NCBI GenBank assembly: GCA_036785375.1
Contig: JAWMAR010000023.1
Span: 6,634,001 to 6,698,000 of the forward strand
Source: Leucoraja ocellata
Lineage: Eukaryota
DNA length: 64,000 bases
Direction: 5' to 3'
The notes beneath the pieces were generated by a model. It saw only the letters and a list, made by a program, of their open reading frames with translations. It did no database searches and had not been told where the DNA came from. How positions within the stretch are numbered: the stretch's first letter is position 1; each line of letters opens with the position of its first letter. The position numbers and the translations under genes were made by a program. Positions 38,930 through 53,299 of the stretch are shown one piece after another.

Positions 38930-40850
38930 AACCATAGAAAATAGACGCAGGAGTAGGCCATTCGGCCCTTCAAGCCTGCACCGCCATTCAATATGATCAT
39001 GGCTGATCATCCCCAATCAGTACCCCGTCCCTGCCTTCTCCCCATATCCTCTGACTCAGCTATCTTTAAAAGCCCTCTCTAGCTCTCTCTTGAAAGTATC
39101 CAGAGAACTGGCCTCCACCGGCCTCCACTCTGAGGCAGAGAATTCCACAGACTCGCAACTCTGTGAGAAAAAGTGTTTCTTTGTCTCTGTTCTAAATGGC
39201 TTAGTTAGCCCTTATTCTTAAACTGTGGCCCCTGGTTCTGGACTCCCCCAACATTGGGAACATGTTTCCTGCCTCTAGCGTGTCCAAACCTTTAACAATC
39301 TTATATGTTTCAATAAGATAACCTCTCATCCTTCTAAACTCCAGAGTGTACAAGCACAGCCGCTCCATTCTCTCGGCATATGACAGTCCCGCCATCCCGG
39401 GAATTAACCTAGTAAACCTACGCTGCACTCCCTCAATAGCAAGAATGTCCTTCCTCAAATTAGGGGACTAAAACTGCACACAATACTGCAGGTGTGGTCT
39501 CATTGGGACTCCGTACAACTGTGGAAGGACCTTTTTGCTCCTATACTCGACTCCTTGTTATAAAGGCCAACATGCCATTTGTTTTCTTCACTGCCTGCTG
39601 TACCTGCATGCTTACTTTCATAGACTGATGAACAAGGACCCCCCAGATCCCGTTGTACTTCCCCTTTTCCCAACTTGACGCCATTTAGATCTGCCTTCCT
39701 GTTTTTGATACCGAAGTGTATAATCTCACATTTATCCACATTAAACTTCATCTGCCATGTATCTGCCCACTCCCCCAACCTGTCCAAGTCGCCTTGCAGA
39801 CTCATAGCATCCTCCTCACAGTTCACACCGCCACCCAGCTTTGTTCAATCTGCAAATTTGCTCATGTTACTTTGAATCCCTTCATCTAAATCACTGATGT
39901 ATATTGTAAATAGCTGCGGTCCCAGCACTGAGCCTTGCGGTACCCCACTTCTCACTGCCTGCCATTCTGAAACGGACCCGTTAATCCCTACTCTTTGTTT
40001 CCTGTCTGCCAACCAATTTTCTATCCATGTCAGCACTCTACCCCCAATGTGCCCTAATTTTGCCCACTAATCTCCTATGTGGGACCTTATCAAAAGCTTT
40101 CTGAAAGTACAGGTACACTACATCCACTGGCTCTCCCTTGTCCATTGTCCTAGTTACATTCTCAAAAAATTCCAGAAGATTCGTCAAGCATAATTTCCCC
40201 TTGGTAAATCCATGCTGACTCGGACCGATCCTGTTACTGCTATCCAAATGTGCGGCTATTTCATCTTTTATAATTGACTCCAGCATCTTCCCCACCACTG
40301 ATGTCAGGCTAACTGGTCTATAATTTCCTGTTTTCTCTCTCCCGCCTTTCTTAAAAAGTGGGATAATATTAGTTACCCTCCAATCTACAGGAACCGAACC
40401 TGAGTCTATGGAACATTGGAAAATTATCACCAATGCATCCACCATTTCTAGAGCCACTTCCTTAAGTTACCCTGGGATGCAGACCATCAGGCCCTGGGGA
40501 TTTATCAGCCTTCAGTCCCATCAGTCTATCCAACACCATTTCCTGCCTAATGTGGATTTCCTTCAGTTCCTCCGTCGCCCCAGATCCTCTGGCCACTAGT
40601 ATATCAGGAAAATCGTTTGTGTCCTCCTTAGTGAAGACGGATCCAAAGTACCTGTTCAACTCATCTGCCATTTCCTTGTTCTCCATAATAAATTCACCTT
40701 TTTCGGTCTTCAAGGATCCAACTTTGGTCTTAACTAATTTTTTCCTCTTCACATACCTAAAGAAGCTTTTACTGTCCTCCTTTATTTTCATGGCTAGCTT
40801 ACCTTCGTACCTCATCTTTTCTCCCCGTATTGTCTTTTTCGTTATCTTCT
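38930..40850 (-). mobile_element. CR1 LINE, 5'-truncated, frameshifted RT
   Basis: ORF fragments [77 protein letters not shown]. Confidence 0.95.
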
Positions 40851-41659
40851 GGTATAAAGTGGAAGCCAATTTGTGCATAGCAAACTCTCTGACCGATATG
40901 TGGGGAAAAAACCTCAATTCCCTCTCTGTGTCTAATTCCAGCTTTCAGTCTCTCTCATCCCCCAAGCTGATTCAGTAACTCGAAGCCAGAGTTCATAGAG
41001 CTTAAAATGTAACGGCTTAAATCAGGTGGTTAGACACATCTCACAATATATCATTCAACTCTGAGGATTATCGGAAAATTTACTTTTCACCCAAAGGAAC
41101 ATGAGAAATTGCATCATGCCATTTGCAGATGTTTGTTCTTCAAGTGTTCAAATTCTAATTCTGCTATTGTTACTGGAGAATATTTGTGCCAAACTCTGAC
41201 TGTGCAGCTTCAAGTGAAGAAAACATCAGGAATTTGGTAAGTAGAGTAAAATTCTGATATTCCAATAAATATCCCTAGCACATGGACTGACAGATTTTCA
41301 GGATTATTGATTGCTATTCCTGTTAATACCCAAATATACTTATATTTTACTTGATGCACAGTAGTAAAACACATTTTTCAGTGAGTTTAAAGGAAATTGA
41401 AAATACACAAGCAGACTAAGGAGTGAACCAGATGTTCAACCATTGGATTCAGGATTTCTGCAAAAAAAAACTGATACTGATTATCAAGAGTTTTATCAGA
41501 TGGGAATTCAGTTTAGAAATAGTTCTGTGTAGGCACGTATAGCCCTGAAAGCTGTGTTGCCTAACCAACATCATGGTTATGGGAATCTCATGAGGATTAC
41601 AGAGGGATTTGGAGTGGGAAGAAGAGGATCCAGTTGTTCTCTTGCGGATTTTGAGGGAA

Positions 41660-43453
41660 AAGATATACATTCATTTGCAAATACAGGGGTTGATTAATTT
41701 TAGTAAGTATGGTTTTATGCATGGAAGATCATGTTTCATGAATGTGATTTGAGTTTTTTGAAGAAGTACTCATGAAGGTTGATGAGGGCAGGGACATATA
41801 AGACATGCTCTTATATGGACTTCAGCAAGCCTTTTGATACGGTTTCGCATTATAGTCTGTTCTGGAAGGATAATTGCACAGATCCAGGCAGAACTAACTG
41901 GATACAGCATTTGGCTTAATGGTAGGAAGCAGGGTGTGCTGGACTAGAAGCCTTTTGACTATTGCTGTTTGTCATCTATATCAACAATATGGATGAGATT
42001 GGCAAACTTGCAGATTACACTAGATGGTATTGTGGACAGTGAATATGGTTATCAAAAATTACAGCAGGATCTTGATCAGCTGAGCAAGTGGGCCAAGGAA
42101 TGGCAAACGGAGTTTAAGTCAGACATGGCAGCACCTTTACAGTGAACCGTAGGGCCCTGGTGAGTGTTGCAGAGCAGGGCTAATCATATAGAAGTGTATA
42201 AAATCATGACGGCAATAGATAGAATGCACAGTTGTTTTACCAGGGTAGAGGAATCACGAACTAGAGAGCATAGGTTTAAACTGAGAGAGGAAAGATTTAA
42301 TGGAACCTGAGTGGAAGGTTTTTCATACAGACAGAGCCTGGTGAGTACATGGAACCTGCGAGAGGAAGTATTTGAGGCAGGTACAATAACAACATTTGGG
42401 CAGGTACATGAATTGGAAATATTTGGAGGAATGTGGGCCAAACATGAATAAAGAGACGAGCTTAGATAGGGCTTATTGGGCCACTGATGAGGTGGGCCAA
42501 AGAGCCTGTTACCATGCTAGGACTTTCAGTATAAGTCTAAGTCAACAAGCAAAACCATGACACATCTATGGATCAACCTTGGAGTTACATGCATATTGTT
42601 TGCGGATGACGCAAAGCTGGGTGGCAGTGTGAGCTGCAAGGCGGATGCTATGAGGCTGCAGGGCGAGGTTGGGTGAGTGGGCAGATGCATGGCAGATGCA
42701 GTATAATGTGGATAAATGTGAGGTTATCCACTTTGGTGGCAAGAACAAGAAGGCAGATTATTATCTGAATGGTGTCAGATTAGGAAAAGAGGTGGTGTAA
42801 TGAGACCTTGGTGTCCTTGTACATCAATCACTGAAAGTAAGCATGCAGGTACAGCAGGCAGTGAAGAAAGCAAATGCTTGTTGGCCTTCATAGCGAGAGG
42901 CTTTGAGTGTAGGAGCAAGAAGGTCCTACAGCAGTTGTATAGGGCCCTGGTGAGACCACACCTGGAGTATTGTGTGCAGTTTCGGTCTCCTCATTTGAGG
43001 AAGGACATTCTTGCTATTGAGGGAGTGCAGCATAGATTCACCAGGTTAATCCCCGGGATGGCAGGACTAACATATGATGAAAGAATGGATCGACTGGGCT
43101 TATATTCACTGGAATTTAGAAGGAAGAGAAGGGATCTTATAGAAACGTAAAATTCTTAAGGGATTGGATAGGCTAGATACAGATTCCTGATAGTTGGGGG
43201 AGTCCAGAACCAGAGGTCACCGTTTAAGAATATGGTGTAGGCCATTTAGGACTGAGATGAGGAGAAATATTTTCACCCAGAGAGTTATGAATCTGGAATT
43301 CTCTGTCACAGAGGGTGATGGAGGCCAGTTCACTGGATGCATTCAAGAGAGAGTTAGATATAGCTCTTAGGGTAACGGAATCAAGGGATATGGGGAGAAA
43401 GCAGGAACAGGGTGCTGATTTTGGATGATCAGCCATGATCATATTGAATGGAG
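41660..43453 (+). mobile_element. CR1 LINE fragments (older 41660-42520; younger 42596-43453)
   Basis: ALVRPHLEYCVQF...EGVQHRFTRLIPGMAGLTYDERMDRLGLYSLE; gatcagccatgatcatattgaatgg tail. Confidence 0.9.
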
Positions 43454-44074
43454 GAGGTTAAGGACAGGCAGATCAGTATGGGAATGGGAAGGTGAATTCT
43501 ACTGGTTAGACATTTTCTGCTTTGTGATATTGCAGCATCCCCTACTGTCCAGTATCTGCATCTTGTCCACAACAACTTAATCTTTACAAAATTGTACAGC
43601 ATTAAAAATATCTACATGAACACTATTCTCAGTCAAAAAAAAGTCAGAATTCATGGAAAACTACAGTAGATCCATAAGGTTCAATTGGCGATCGTATAGA
43701 GCAGATTCTCATTTTTACAACCCAAAGCAAGGGCTATGTCTGGGATCCTGTTTTGTACAGCAATGGCAAGTTAGAGACATGCAGGGTGGCTATCAAGTGA
43801 TGGTCAGAGTAGAATGCAAACCAGGACAACATTACTTTTGGATTCTCCACAATGATGAGGAAAGCTGCAGGGGAGAAAATGAGAGCACCTTCCAGGGTCA
43901 TACAACTGCTACATCTGTAATCTTTAGTGTTAAATAAAATGATCCTATTTCTAGTTTTCTTCAAGATTTTGTAAATTATTATCCGATTGATAATGGAGAC
44001 AATATTGATGATTCCTGTACCTACATACTATCTCGAAATCAAATATGTGGGGAGATCAAATTTGTCAATATTCC

Positions 44075-45710
44075 CCACTATTTAACAAAGGAGAGTGAAA
44101 CTGCGGAACTACAGACCAGTTAGCCTGACATCATTAGTGGGTAAAATGCTATAAGCTATTATTAAGTTGTACGTGGAATTTTAGAAAACATAGGAATGGC
44201 CAGATTCAACAAGAATTTATGAAAGGGATATCATGTTTTTTAGATTAGAACTTGCAGAATAGATAAGGGGTAAACCAGTGAACATATACTTTATATGAAC
44301 TTTCAAAAGACCTTTGATAAGGTAGCAAGGAGGATATTAAACAAAATAAGAGCACCTGGAATTGGGGAAAAGACAATGGCATAGATTTTGAGCTGATTAA
44401 CAGAAAGAAATCAGAGTGCAGAAAAAACAGAACAATTTTCAGACTGGGAAGTTGCAACTAAGGCATAGAGCTGGGCCCAGCTGTTGACTTTCTACATCAA
44501 TGGTTTAGGTGATATGAAAAACTATATCCAAACTGGCTGATAATACAATGATGGCTAGTTATGTTAGAAAGAGGGTGCAGAGAGGTCAACAATGGGATTT
44601 GGTGAAGCTAAATGAATAGGACATAGTAATTAAAATACGTTGTGAAAAATATGAAGTCATCCATGTTATGAGCAGAATTGGGATGTACTCAACTCCCTCT
44701 AATCTTACTACCAATTGCTCTAGTTATTATTCCACAGGGGTCGGTGCTGGGGAAGCTACTCTTCACGTTGTATATTACTGATTTGGACAAGGGGATTGAA
44801 GGCTTTGTGGCCAAGTTTGCGGATGATACGGAAATAGGTGGAAGGGCGGGTTGTGTAGAGAAAGCAGAGACTCTGCAGAAGGACTTGGACAGGTTGGAGA
44901 GTGGGCAGAGAAGTGGCAGATGGAATAAGTGCGGAGGCATGTATTTTGGTAGTAGGAATAAAGGCGTAGACTATTTTCTAAATGGGAAGAGAATCCAGAA
45001 ATCAGAGGTGCAAAGGGACTTGGGAGTGCTGGTGCAGGATTCCCAAATAGTTAACCTGCAAGTTGAATCGTTACTAAAGAAAGCAAACTAAATGCAAGCA
45101 TTTATTTCAAGGGGGCTTGTATACAAAAAATGGATATAATGCTGAGGCTCTATAAGGCGCTGGTAAGGCCACATTTGAAATATTGTGAACAATTTTGGGC
45201 AACATATCTGAGGAAGGATGTACTGGCTCTGGAGAGGATCCAGAGGAGGTTTACAAGAATGATCCCATAAATGAGTAGGTTATCCGATGACCGTTTGGGG
45301 CCTGTACTCGCTGGAGTTTAGAAAAATGAGGGGGGAGCTCATTGAAACAAACAGAATAGTGAAAAGCTTGGATAGTGGATGTGGAGAGGATATTTCCACT
45401 TGTGGGAGAGTCGAGGATTAGAGATCATAGCCTCAGAATGAAAGGACGTTCTTTTAGGAAGGAGATGAAGAGAAATTTCTTTAGACAGAGGGTGGTTGAA
45501 TACGTGGAATTCTTTACCACAGATGGCTGTGGAGGCTGTCAGTGTATATTTTTAAGGCAGTTATAGACAGATTCTTGATTAGTACAGGTGTCAGATGTTA
45601 TGGGAGAAGGCAGGAGAAGGGTTAGGAGGGAGAGATAGATCAGCCATGATTGAATGTTGGAGTAGACTTGATGGGCCAAATGGCTTATTTCTACTTTTTA
45701 TCACTTATGA
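44075..45710 (+). mobile_element. CR1 LINE fragments
   Basis: PQGSVLGKLLFTLYITDLD.GIEGFVAKFADDT...LQKDLDRL. Confidence 0.9.
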
Positions 45711-47049
45711 ATTTATAACCTAGTTATTGACTCCTCTGCTAAGGAAATGTCTCACTTTCTAAGCTTCTCATAATTTCTAAACCAGTGCAGCACAGGAACG
45801 GGCCCTTCGGCCCACAATTTTGTACATAATTGTGTACCTTAGAATATTTGTGGTTCCTAGATAAAGTCTCAAGAGCATAAATGATCCAGCATTTGGTCAT
45901 AATTAACATAATTCCTGGATTAACTCTTCGAGTTTGGTTCCCAAATTTAGCTTCAGAAAATAAGCATTTCCAAGATTAGGTTCCAGCAAATATATAGTAT
46001 ATAGATTTTGACTAAGAATGTAAGTGGTTGTGAATTTGGTCTGTTAGTCGAAATGATCTCGGGATCCTTGGCATAGGTGGTTACTGAATTAGAGCTTGTG
46101 GTCCCATGATTTGGTAATTCAGAAAACATGGCACTTTGTTTTAATTTCTCGTGATGATTGACCTCAGGATTTGTTCCTCTGTGGAAATGGTCCACAAATT
46201 TGGTGACAGAGCACACACACTCTTGCTATCTTGATGCAACCCAGATTTGGTTTCTCAGTTTAAATCAGGGTTGCATAACGATTCGTGGAAGGCAAGATGT
46301 ACAATCTAAACCATTTCTGATGGCCATACACAAGAAACTGATGTTTTGTAATATGCCATTCAGTAAAATACATAAGAGCTAAATGGTTTCTTCAAAACGC
46401 TAATTGGTCATATTGGACACATTAATCTGGGATAGATTACAGGTTAAAATTGTAGTTGCAGTGGTAATCATAGAAGATGATATTTCATAAATCTCAGCAG
46501 AGGTATATTTCAGTGAGACAAAGATGAGTATAGACCTTGACTCAGTGCAAGTGATTCCTGATTTGGTTTAAATGAAAATTCTTGCTGCTCTCACAACCCC
46601 CTTGTAGCTCACTTCATTTAATAACTTACATTTTCACACCTCTTTATTTCAGCTTCATGTTATTCCCTTCAATGTAAGAGAACGCTAGTTCTTTTCAAGT
46701 AGATTGGATTCTTCCTTATTTTACAGACCAGTAACTTGGTTGTGGGGTTGGGAGATATGGTAGAGCAATGGTCTTTTGCTGCTACATTTTGTACATGTGC
46801 ACACACAATGTGGCCACTGTACCTTGGTGGGAGTTAATGTTTTAGGCGTTGGACAAATTGCCAGTCTAGTAAATAGCTTTGTCCTTGATGACTTTTTGAG
46901 TTCTGTTGGTTTTGGGGAAACAAGCGTGTAGTGTTCCTTTACAATCCTTATGTACCATGTGAAGAGTGGAAATTCTTTCAAGACTGGTGATCTCTGACTT
47001 GCTTTAAAAATCATAGCATTCTTGATGATGGTCCCGTTAATTTCCAAAT

Positions 47050-47465
47050 AAATGGGACTCCCCAGGATGCTGACGGTGGTTAACGTCGACAATGATGATG
47101 ATGGCACAGACAGGCCGTCAAGAAGATGCGTGACGATTCTTGGACAGGGTCATGTGGACAGTTCGAATGTTAGTGGTCACTTTTCAACGAATGTCTACAC
47201 ATTATCGATGTCCTCCTTTTTTGCATTGACGGCCAAAACTGGTTTTAGACGACGTTTCTCTCAAAAGTCAACCGTGGAGCGACCGACATCCGCGCGGCCT
47301 CATCGATCGACGCTTGGAAGCTTCAAACGCCAACCGTCAGGTCGCGTGAGGCAGGTGGGCGGGAACCACGGAGGCTGTGAGTGAACAAGCAGCGAGCGCG
47401 CGCCACTGGTCCACACAGCCCGGACAACGGCATGTGGCATGTGGCGGGCTCAGTCGTCCTTAAAC
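47050..47465 (-). promoter_or_regulatory. orphan CpG-rich promoter-like island
   Basis: Dense CpG with GC-box/E2F GTGGGCGGGAA 47355-47365, CHR TTTGAA (minus strand, 47322-47327) and YAACNG sites; no recognisable repeat tail. Confidence 0.45.
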
Positions 47466-47759
47466 CCAATTTAATTTTTATTCTCATCATAATTGGGCGT
47501 CGAATGTTGATATTGACCGCCGTTACTCTCGCCCATCCTACCTCGAGTCATGATCGTTCTGATATTCAAATAATTTCTTAACACACACTCTCATTCCTAT
47601 TCTCATATATTTTTCCTTTAATGATTCTCTTACTACTCTGCATGGTAAATTTGACATCTCGGCAGCGTGACCCTCAGATCGTAATGCTGTTGCGTATCCC
47701 CAATTGACCTGGCTTCTCCGTGGAGTTTGCACGCTCCAGCTGTGGCGCGCAGGTTTCCT

Positions 47760-47950
47760 TTAGACTTTAGAGATACAGAAACAGGTCCTTTGGCCCACTG
47801 AGTCCTCGACGATCAAAGATCACCAATAATACACTAACCTACACGCATTAGAGACAATTTTACATCTCAGGAAGCCAGTGTACCTTTGGAGTGGGAGGAA
47901 ACCAGAGCACCCGGAGAAAACCCACGTGGTCATAGGTAGACTGTATAAAC
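47760..47950 (-). mobile_element. V-SINE/HE1-like SINE fragment
   Basis: gtgggaggaaaccagagcacccggagaaaacccacg core. Confidence 0.7.
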
Positions 47951-48609
47951 CAAAGATACTAGTACAAACTCCACGGAAAGTACAAACTTCCTCCTTGGGA
48001 CTCTGGGTCCTCCCACATACAGAACGTACAGTGGGATTTTACCATAGAAAACTAGTGTTGGAGGAATTGCTAGGTATGGAAATACAGCAGATTACAGGGA
48101 AATAAGTGGGGAGATGCTGCTGATGAGATTGCTCTGGGCTGGCATAGAGGATAGGCTGTATGCCCACCCCTGCACTATATGGAAATATGGGTAACTTGGC
48201 CTTGGACATAATAGTGTAAAGTGCAATAAAGTCCCAATGGTTCATTCCTGGGAAATTTAATTACTGTATAGCTGAAATGTAAACACTGTAATATATTGCA
48301 TGTAGTTATAGCTACTAATTAACCACTGAGCAAATAAAGTCAAAAACATCTTTAAAGTTACAAGCAACCAACCATGTCTTGCAGCTAGGCCCACATAAAT
48401 CTAACACACAAAAAAATACATTTCCATTAAATTTGAAATGGTAAATGCATTCAGCTTCCTTCCTCTCTCTCGAAGGTGCTCTCATTTTGGTTGAGGTCCT
48501 GTTGTCTGCAGGTGCTCGACATTCATTACGATTTGGTCCTGCTCTCTGAAGTTGATTCTTATTGGAAATGGAGTGCACTGATTTATTTTCCAGTACATCT
48601 CACTGTGTT

Positions 48610-49060
48610 AGAGTCATAGAATTGTGCAGCATAGTAACAGGCCATTCGGGCCACTGTGTCTGTGCCAACCATCATTCCTACTAATTCAATTGACTAAACA
48701 TGTTTACCTAGATTAATTCCATATTCTTTATGGCCTTCTTTTAAGTACATGTCCAAATGCCTCTTAAAAGCTGTTATTATTTTCTCCCTCCACCACATCC
48801 TCTGGTCATTCATTTGAGATACTTTCCTTTGTATGACAAATTTACCCCTCAGATCCCATTTAAACCTTTCACCTTAAAGCTATGCCCTCTAGTTTTAGAC
48901 ATGTCTACCGTGAGAAACAGACTAGCTATCTTTCTTATCTATGCCTGTCATTATTTTATATACCTTTATCACGTCACCTCTTTGCTCAAGGGAATACAGA
49001 CCCAAGCCTACCCATTATCTTCTTATAACTCAAGCCCTCCAATCCAGGCTGTTCTTATGT
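48610..49060 (-). mobile_element. CR1 LINE 3' fragment
   Basis: agagtcatagaatt...aacaggccattcgg tail plus decayed ORF2 end. Confidence 0.7.
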
Positions 49061-50722
49061 AAAACCTAGATATTAAGGACCGCCATGTTAAATACATGGA
49101 TGAAAAGATCCATCCCCCATGTCCATTGATTTGAGTGTAGATTAGATACGGTGAAAAGCCTCACTGGTTACTGCTTGCTTTATGAGTCTTACTGAGTATT
49201 TGCAACATATTTTGGCACGTAGATGAGCATGTAGATGCTATGAAGTCATGCACTGGACACATGGCCATTCTGGCAAATATCTTGACTGAGATTCCAAAGG
49301 AAACACTACAGGCTTGGAGTGGATTTCTGCTCACTGAATACATTTAAGTTACGAATAAACCAAGAAATGCAGGTGCTGGATTACAAAATAATGACAAAGT
49401 GCTGGAGTAACTCAGCGGATGGAGAACATGGATTGGTGACGTTGAAGATACTACTTTGTAATTTTTTTCAGCTCTTTCCCATCTGCCCTGTGTGATGGAC
49501 CACATTTGTGTGTTGGGGCTCATCAGTGATTCTTAGTTTTAGAACATAGAAAAGTACAGTACAGGCACTTCGGCCGACAATATCTGTGTGGTACTTGATG
49601 CCAAGACATACCACTCCTTTCTGCCTGCTCATAAACCATGTCCCTCAATAACTATGTGCCTATCTAAACACAGAAATGCCACTATCGATTCCGCCGACAC
49701 CACCATCTCTGGCAGCGCGTTCCAGGCACTCACCACTCTCTGTGTAAAAATCTTAATCCACACATCTCCTTTAAACCTCACCATTTCCATCTCACTCTCT
49801 CATTGCAGATACCATTCCTTCCACGGAAGGCTTAACATAAGCTTCATAAATCCCAGTATCTAGATTGTTTACAGAAAAAGCTGAACCCGAAAATTGTGAC
49901 TGTCCAGTCTGAAAAAGGGTCCCACTCAAAACACTTTCTGTCCATTTCCCTTCCACAGACGCTGCCTGATCTTTCTGCAATGAAGCAGAATTAGTGTTCT
50001 CTAATCTTGCAATAATGAAGTCATCCCAACAACAGTGGGAAGCAAGTGTTGAATTTGGGATTCTACACTTCATGAAGAATCACCCCCTTTAAATAATAAA
50101 ATGCAACATGTCTTGTTTTATTTTTTCACACATATTTTCCATGAATTGCAGAGATCCAACACAACTTAAATTACTGAAATCAGTCACTGCAAATGAAACA
50201 ATTGAGAATCTTAACAAGGTGACACATAGCTGTAACAATATTATCAGCATGTCTCAAACTTCCTTGTTATCACAGTGCAGATTTGAATTTCAGGCCTAAT
50301 TCTCTACTATGACAGGAAATACCATTCATTTCCAGCATCTGCAGTACTTTGCATCTGAACTACTGTAGAACCTTCAACAAAAGAAGATACCAACATGTTT
50401 CATTTGGACATTATCAGGGGAAAAAAACCCGATACTGAGCCAAGAGGAGATATTTGACCAAAGAAATGGTTAAAGTAGTAGAATTGTAAGGGGCATTATT
50501 TTAAAGAATGGAGTCCTCTCTGAGAACATCAGATTTTTTTAAAGGTGACAAACAGTGTTACTGTGTAGCATGCATGGATTTTAGCAGGATGCTTGAGAAA
50601 GTCAAGATTGAACATAAAAAGAAAGGTCCTATAGAATCCAAGGGAAGAATGACATGTTGCACTTCTTTCTGCTACACTGTAAACACTAACAGCTAGAGGA
50701 CCAGGTGAGGGACTGAAGCAAT

Positions 50723-51654
50723 TTAATTTGCATCATTCTGCCTCTTCGTGTAATCCTGAATGCAGGATTGGAAATAAACCATGGTGTTATTCTGTGGCAT
50801 AAACAAAATGATGTAACATTTTGGAACAAAATAGCCCAGAGCAATACTAAAGGCACTAGTGACAGTTAGGAAAGTCTGTATGTATGAGGTGTACCTTTCC
50901 TGATTGGGGGTGACCATTGATGTCATATACAGAATGTAATACACAAAACAGATCATCATACTGAAGGCAATGAACTTAGCCTCATTGTAATTTTTTGGTA
51001 GGTCTCTTCCCATATAAGCAAAGATGAAACATGCTACTGTTAGAAAAACAGTGTAAAGAAAACTGAGAGAGAAGCCAATGGTGTTACCAATGTTGCAGTC
51101 CAGGACAATTGCTTTCGTAATGATATGCCCAAGAGTGCTGGGTGGGCCTGTAATCATCCACACAGTGCAAATGATGATTTGGATGAAGGTGCTTAAAAAT
51201 ATGAATATGTACTGTCCATTATATTTAACCCAATATTCGTGGGCCTTGGGCAACTTGGCAGCCAGTTTAAAGATACAGACAATTTGAAATGACCTAACCA
51301 AGATACAAGACAGGCAGATGGTGAAGCTGACTGTGAAAATCATCTGTCTTATTTGGCAGGATGCTTTGCTTGGTTTGTCAATGTAGAAAAACGCACAGGA
51401 AAAGCTACAGATTATTGATGCAAGCATGAGAAAACACATTCTGCCACCAGCAGACCTGACAACTGGAGTGTTGTAATTAAGTATAAAGATGATTACTATG
51501 ATAATGGTCAGCAAAAGTCCACCATTCGTCAACATCAATAGAAATATAGAGAAAGGTGCATGCCATTCCAGATAGTTTAGCTCCCGTTCCATGCAGTGAT
51601 GGCTCCTTGGAGGTGACCACTGATGCCAGAGACAATCCACACAACTGTAGGGAT
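50723..51654 (-). CDS. TAS1R1-like: T1R taste receptor A exon 6 (end of Cys-rich domain plus 7TM)
   Basis: TPVVRSAGG.MCFLM, CLSCILVRSFQIVCIFK, LPKNYNEAKFI.FSM, PKCYII, FQSCIQDYTKR; acceptor ttgcag; 932 nt. Confidence 0.96.
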
Positions 51655-52968
51655 CTGCAACAAATTTAATTATGATTAATTCACATGGAGGCCAAGGACA
51701 CTTTAAAGAAACTGTGCTGTGCACATTGGATATGGCAAAGCACCGGATTTGACCCAAAGGTTATTTGGCCTGAAGAAGGGTTTCCGAGCCATAAGTCATC
51801 TGTACATTCCCTCGACAGATGCTGCCTAACAAGCTGAGTTCCTTCAGCACTTTCTTTGACTTTAACAATTTATTGAAAAACTCCCACTCCTTTCAGCAAT
51901 ATTGTCAACCACTTCTTTGAATTTTATACTGTTGAAATCTGTTATAATTCTTAACTTCAGCCTTGCTCATGTTGATTTTCCAGGGGAGACTTTATCTCAT
52001 AGACATGAATAACGTATAGAGCAAATTTTCTTATACACTCTTGGTAAAAAAAAGTCCTCTGGGAGTCCTAGAATACAAAGAACAGGATGAAAGAAAAGTG
52101 ATTGGGGGAAGATTACATGTTGAGCTACCCTTGGACTGTAAACAGGTAAGTGTTCTAGTATTCATTGAAGATGGTAACTACATTTGGTTTACCTCATAGC
52201 TGCCCACTATAGGATTTGCTACATTAGTCCTGATGGACAGACTTTAAACAGGTAGATACAAGAAACTGCAGATGCTGGTTTACAAAAGAAAAAAGACACA
52301 TACTGGAATAACACTGTGGGTTAGGAAATATCGCTGGAGAACATGGATAATGACGTTTTGGGTCAGGACCTTTCCTCAGAGCATCTTAAAGAGGTGCTAG
52401 ACATGTGCTACAGCACATTCTTGGCTAATATAGTAAGTTGCAGACTTCTGTTCACAGTGAGTTTGTGTTTTCATGTAACCTTTTAGGGGATTTAATAGGT
52501 CAATCACCTACTGAAAAACAGAGGCACTTTGTAGACTTCCAATTTAAAAAAATGTTATTTTTAACTCTTTTCTCATCAGTTTCAGAGTGTGAAGCAACCA
52601 ATTGCCCACAAAGATTCTCTCATTGCATTACTGAACATAATTCTAGGTCCAAAGTTATAGTAATGAATTGTTTTTGTTCCATTTTAATAACCCATAAATT
52701 CCTCTCCTCCCCCCTCCCTCCACATGTGGAGTTAACTAGCGGCTGGTTTTCTGCAGAAAGAAATGGGATCTTGGCTGAATAAAAACCAAAGGTCTCTTTG
52801 GTTGACTCAACCAATGAGGCAAGAGAAGAAATGCAAGCTATTTTGAACAGATTTTCCTATTAGAGGTAAGCAGTTGCAGATGGTGTGATATTTTACAATC
52901 CAATGAGGTCAAGGAAAAAAGTAAATCAAAAACTAGGTGAGGAATAGCGGATAAAGAGGCTTACTGAC

Positions 52969-53089
52969 CACTTTGATTGAGGAATGTTCCAGAGGGACAA
53001 TCTTCACAGTTGTAGCAGCAAGGAAAAATCCCTCTTGGGACTTTCTTCTGTCCAGGTTCACACATCGTTGAACAATTAGAAAATGGAAT
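52969..53089 (-). CDS. TAS1R1-like: T1R receptor A exon 5 (Cys-rich domain; missed by the ORF track)
   Basis: ccag|IPFSNCSTMCEPGQKKVPRGIFPCCYNCEDCPSGTFLNQS G|gtcagt, 121 nt. Confidence 0.95.
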
Positions 53090-53299
53090 CTGGTGGATAA
53101 AATACACAAGACCTCTCTAAGCTTCATATAGAGACCCAGCTATCATTGTAGAAATTAATTTTGCTGTGGAGTGGGGTTGGAAGGGGGAAGACATGGTAGG
53201 TATCTTCCCCATCCAAAGGCAAAAACATTGGTTTTTTTCTCTGGAGCTTCGTAACAGTTCCACAAGAACAAAATTATTAAGTTTTTACAGCGTTCTCAC

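Noticed and set aside
38700-50700. Search for PARK7 exons downstream of ERRFI1
   Set aside because: No DJ-1-like peptide recognised in the ORF track or by eye; short exons cannot be fully excluded
51655-51757. N-terminal extension of the 344-aa ORF
   Set aside because: Intronic read-through upstream of the exon-6 acceptor; the true frame joins exon 5 at 52969
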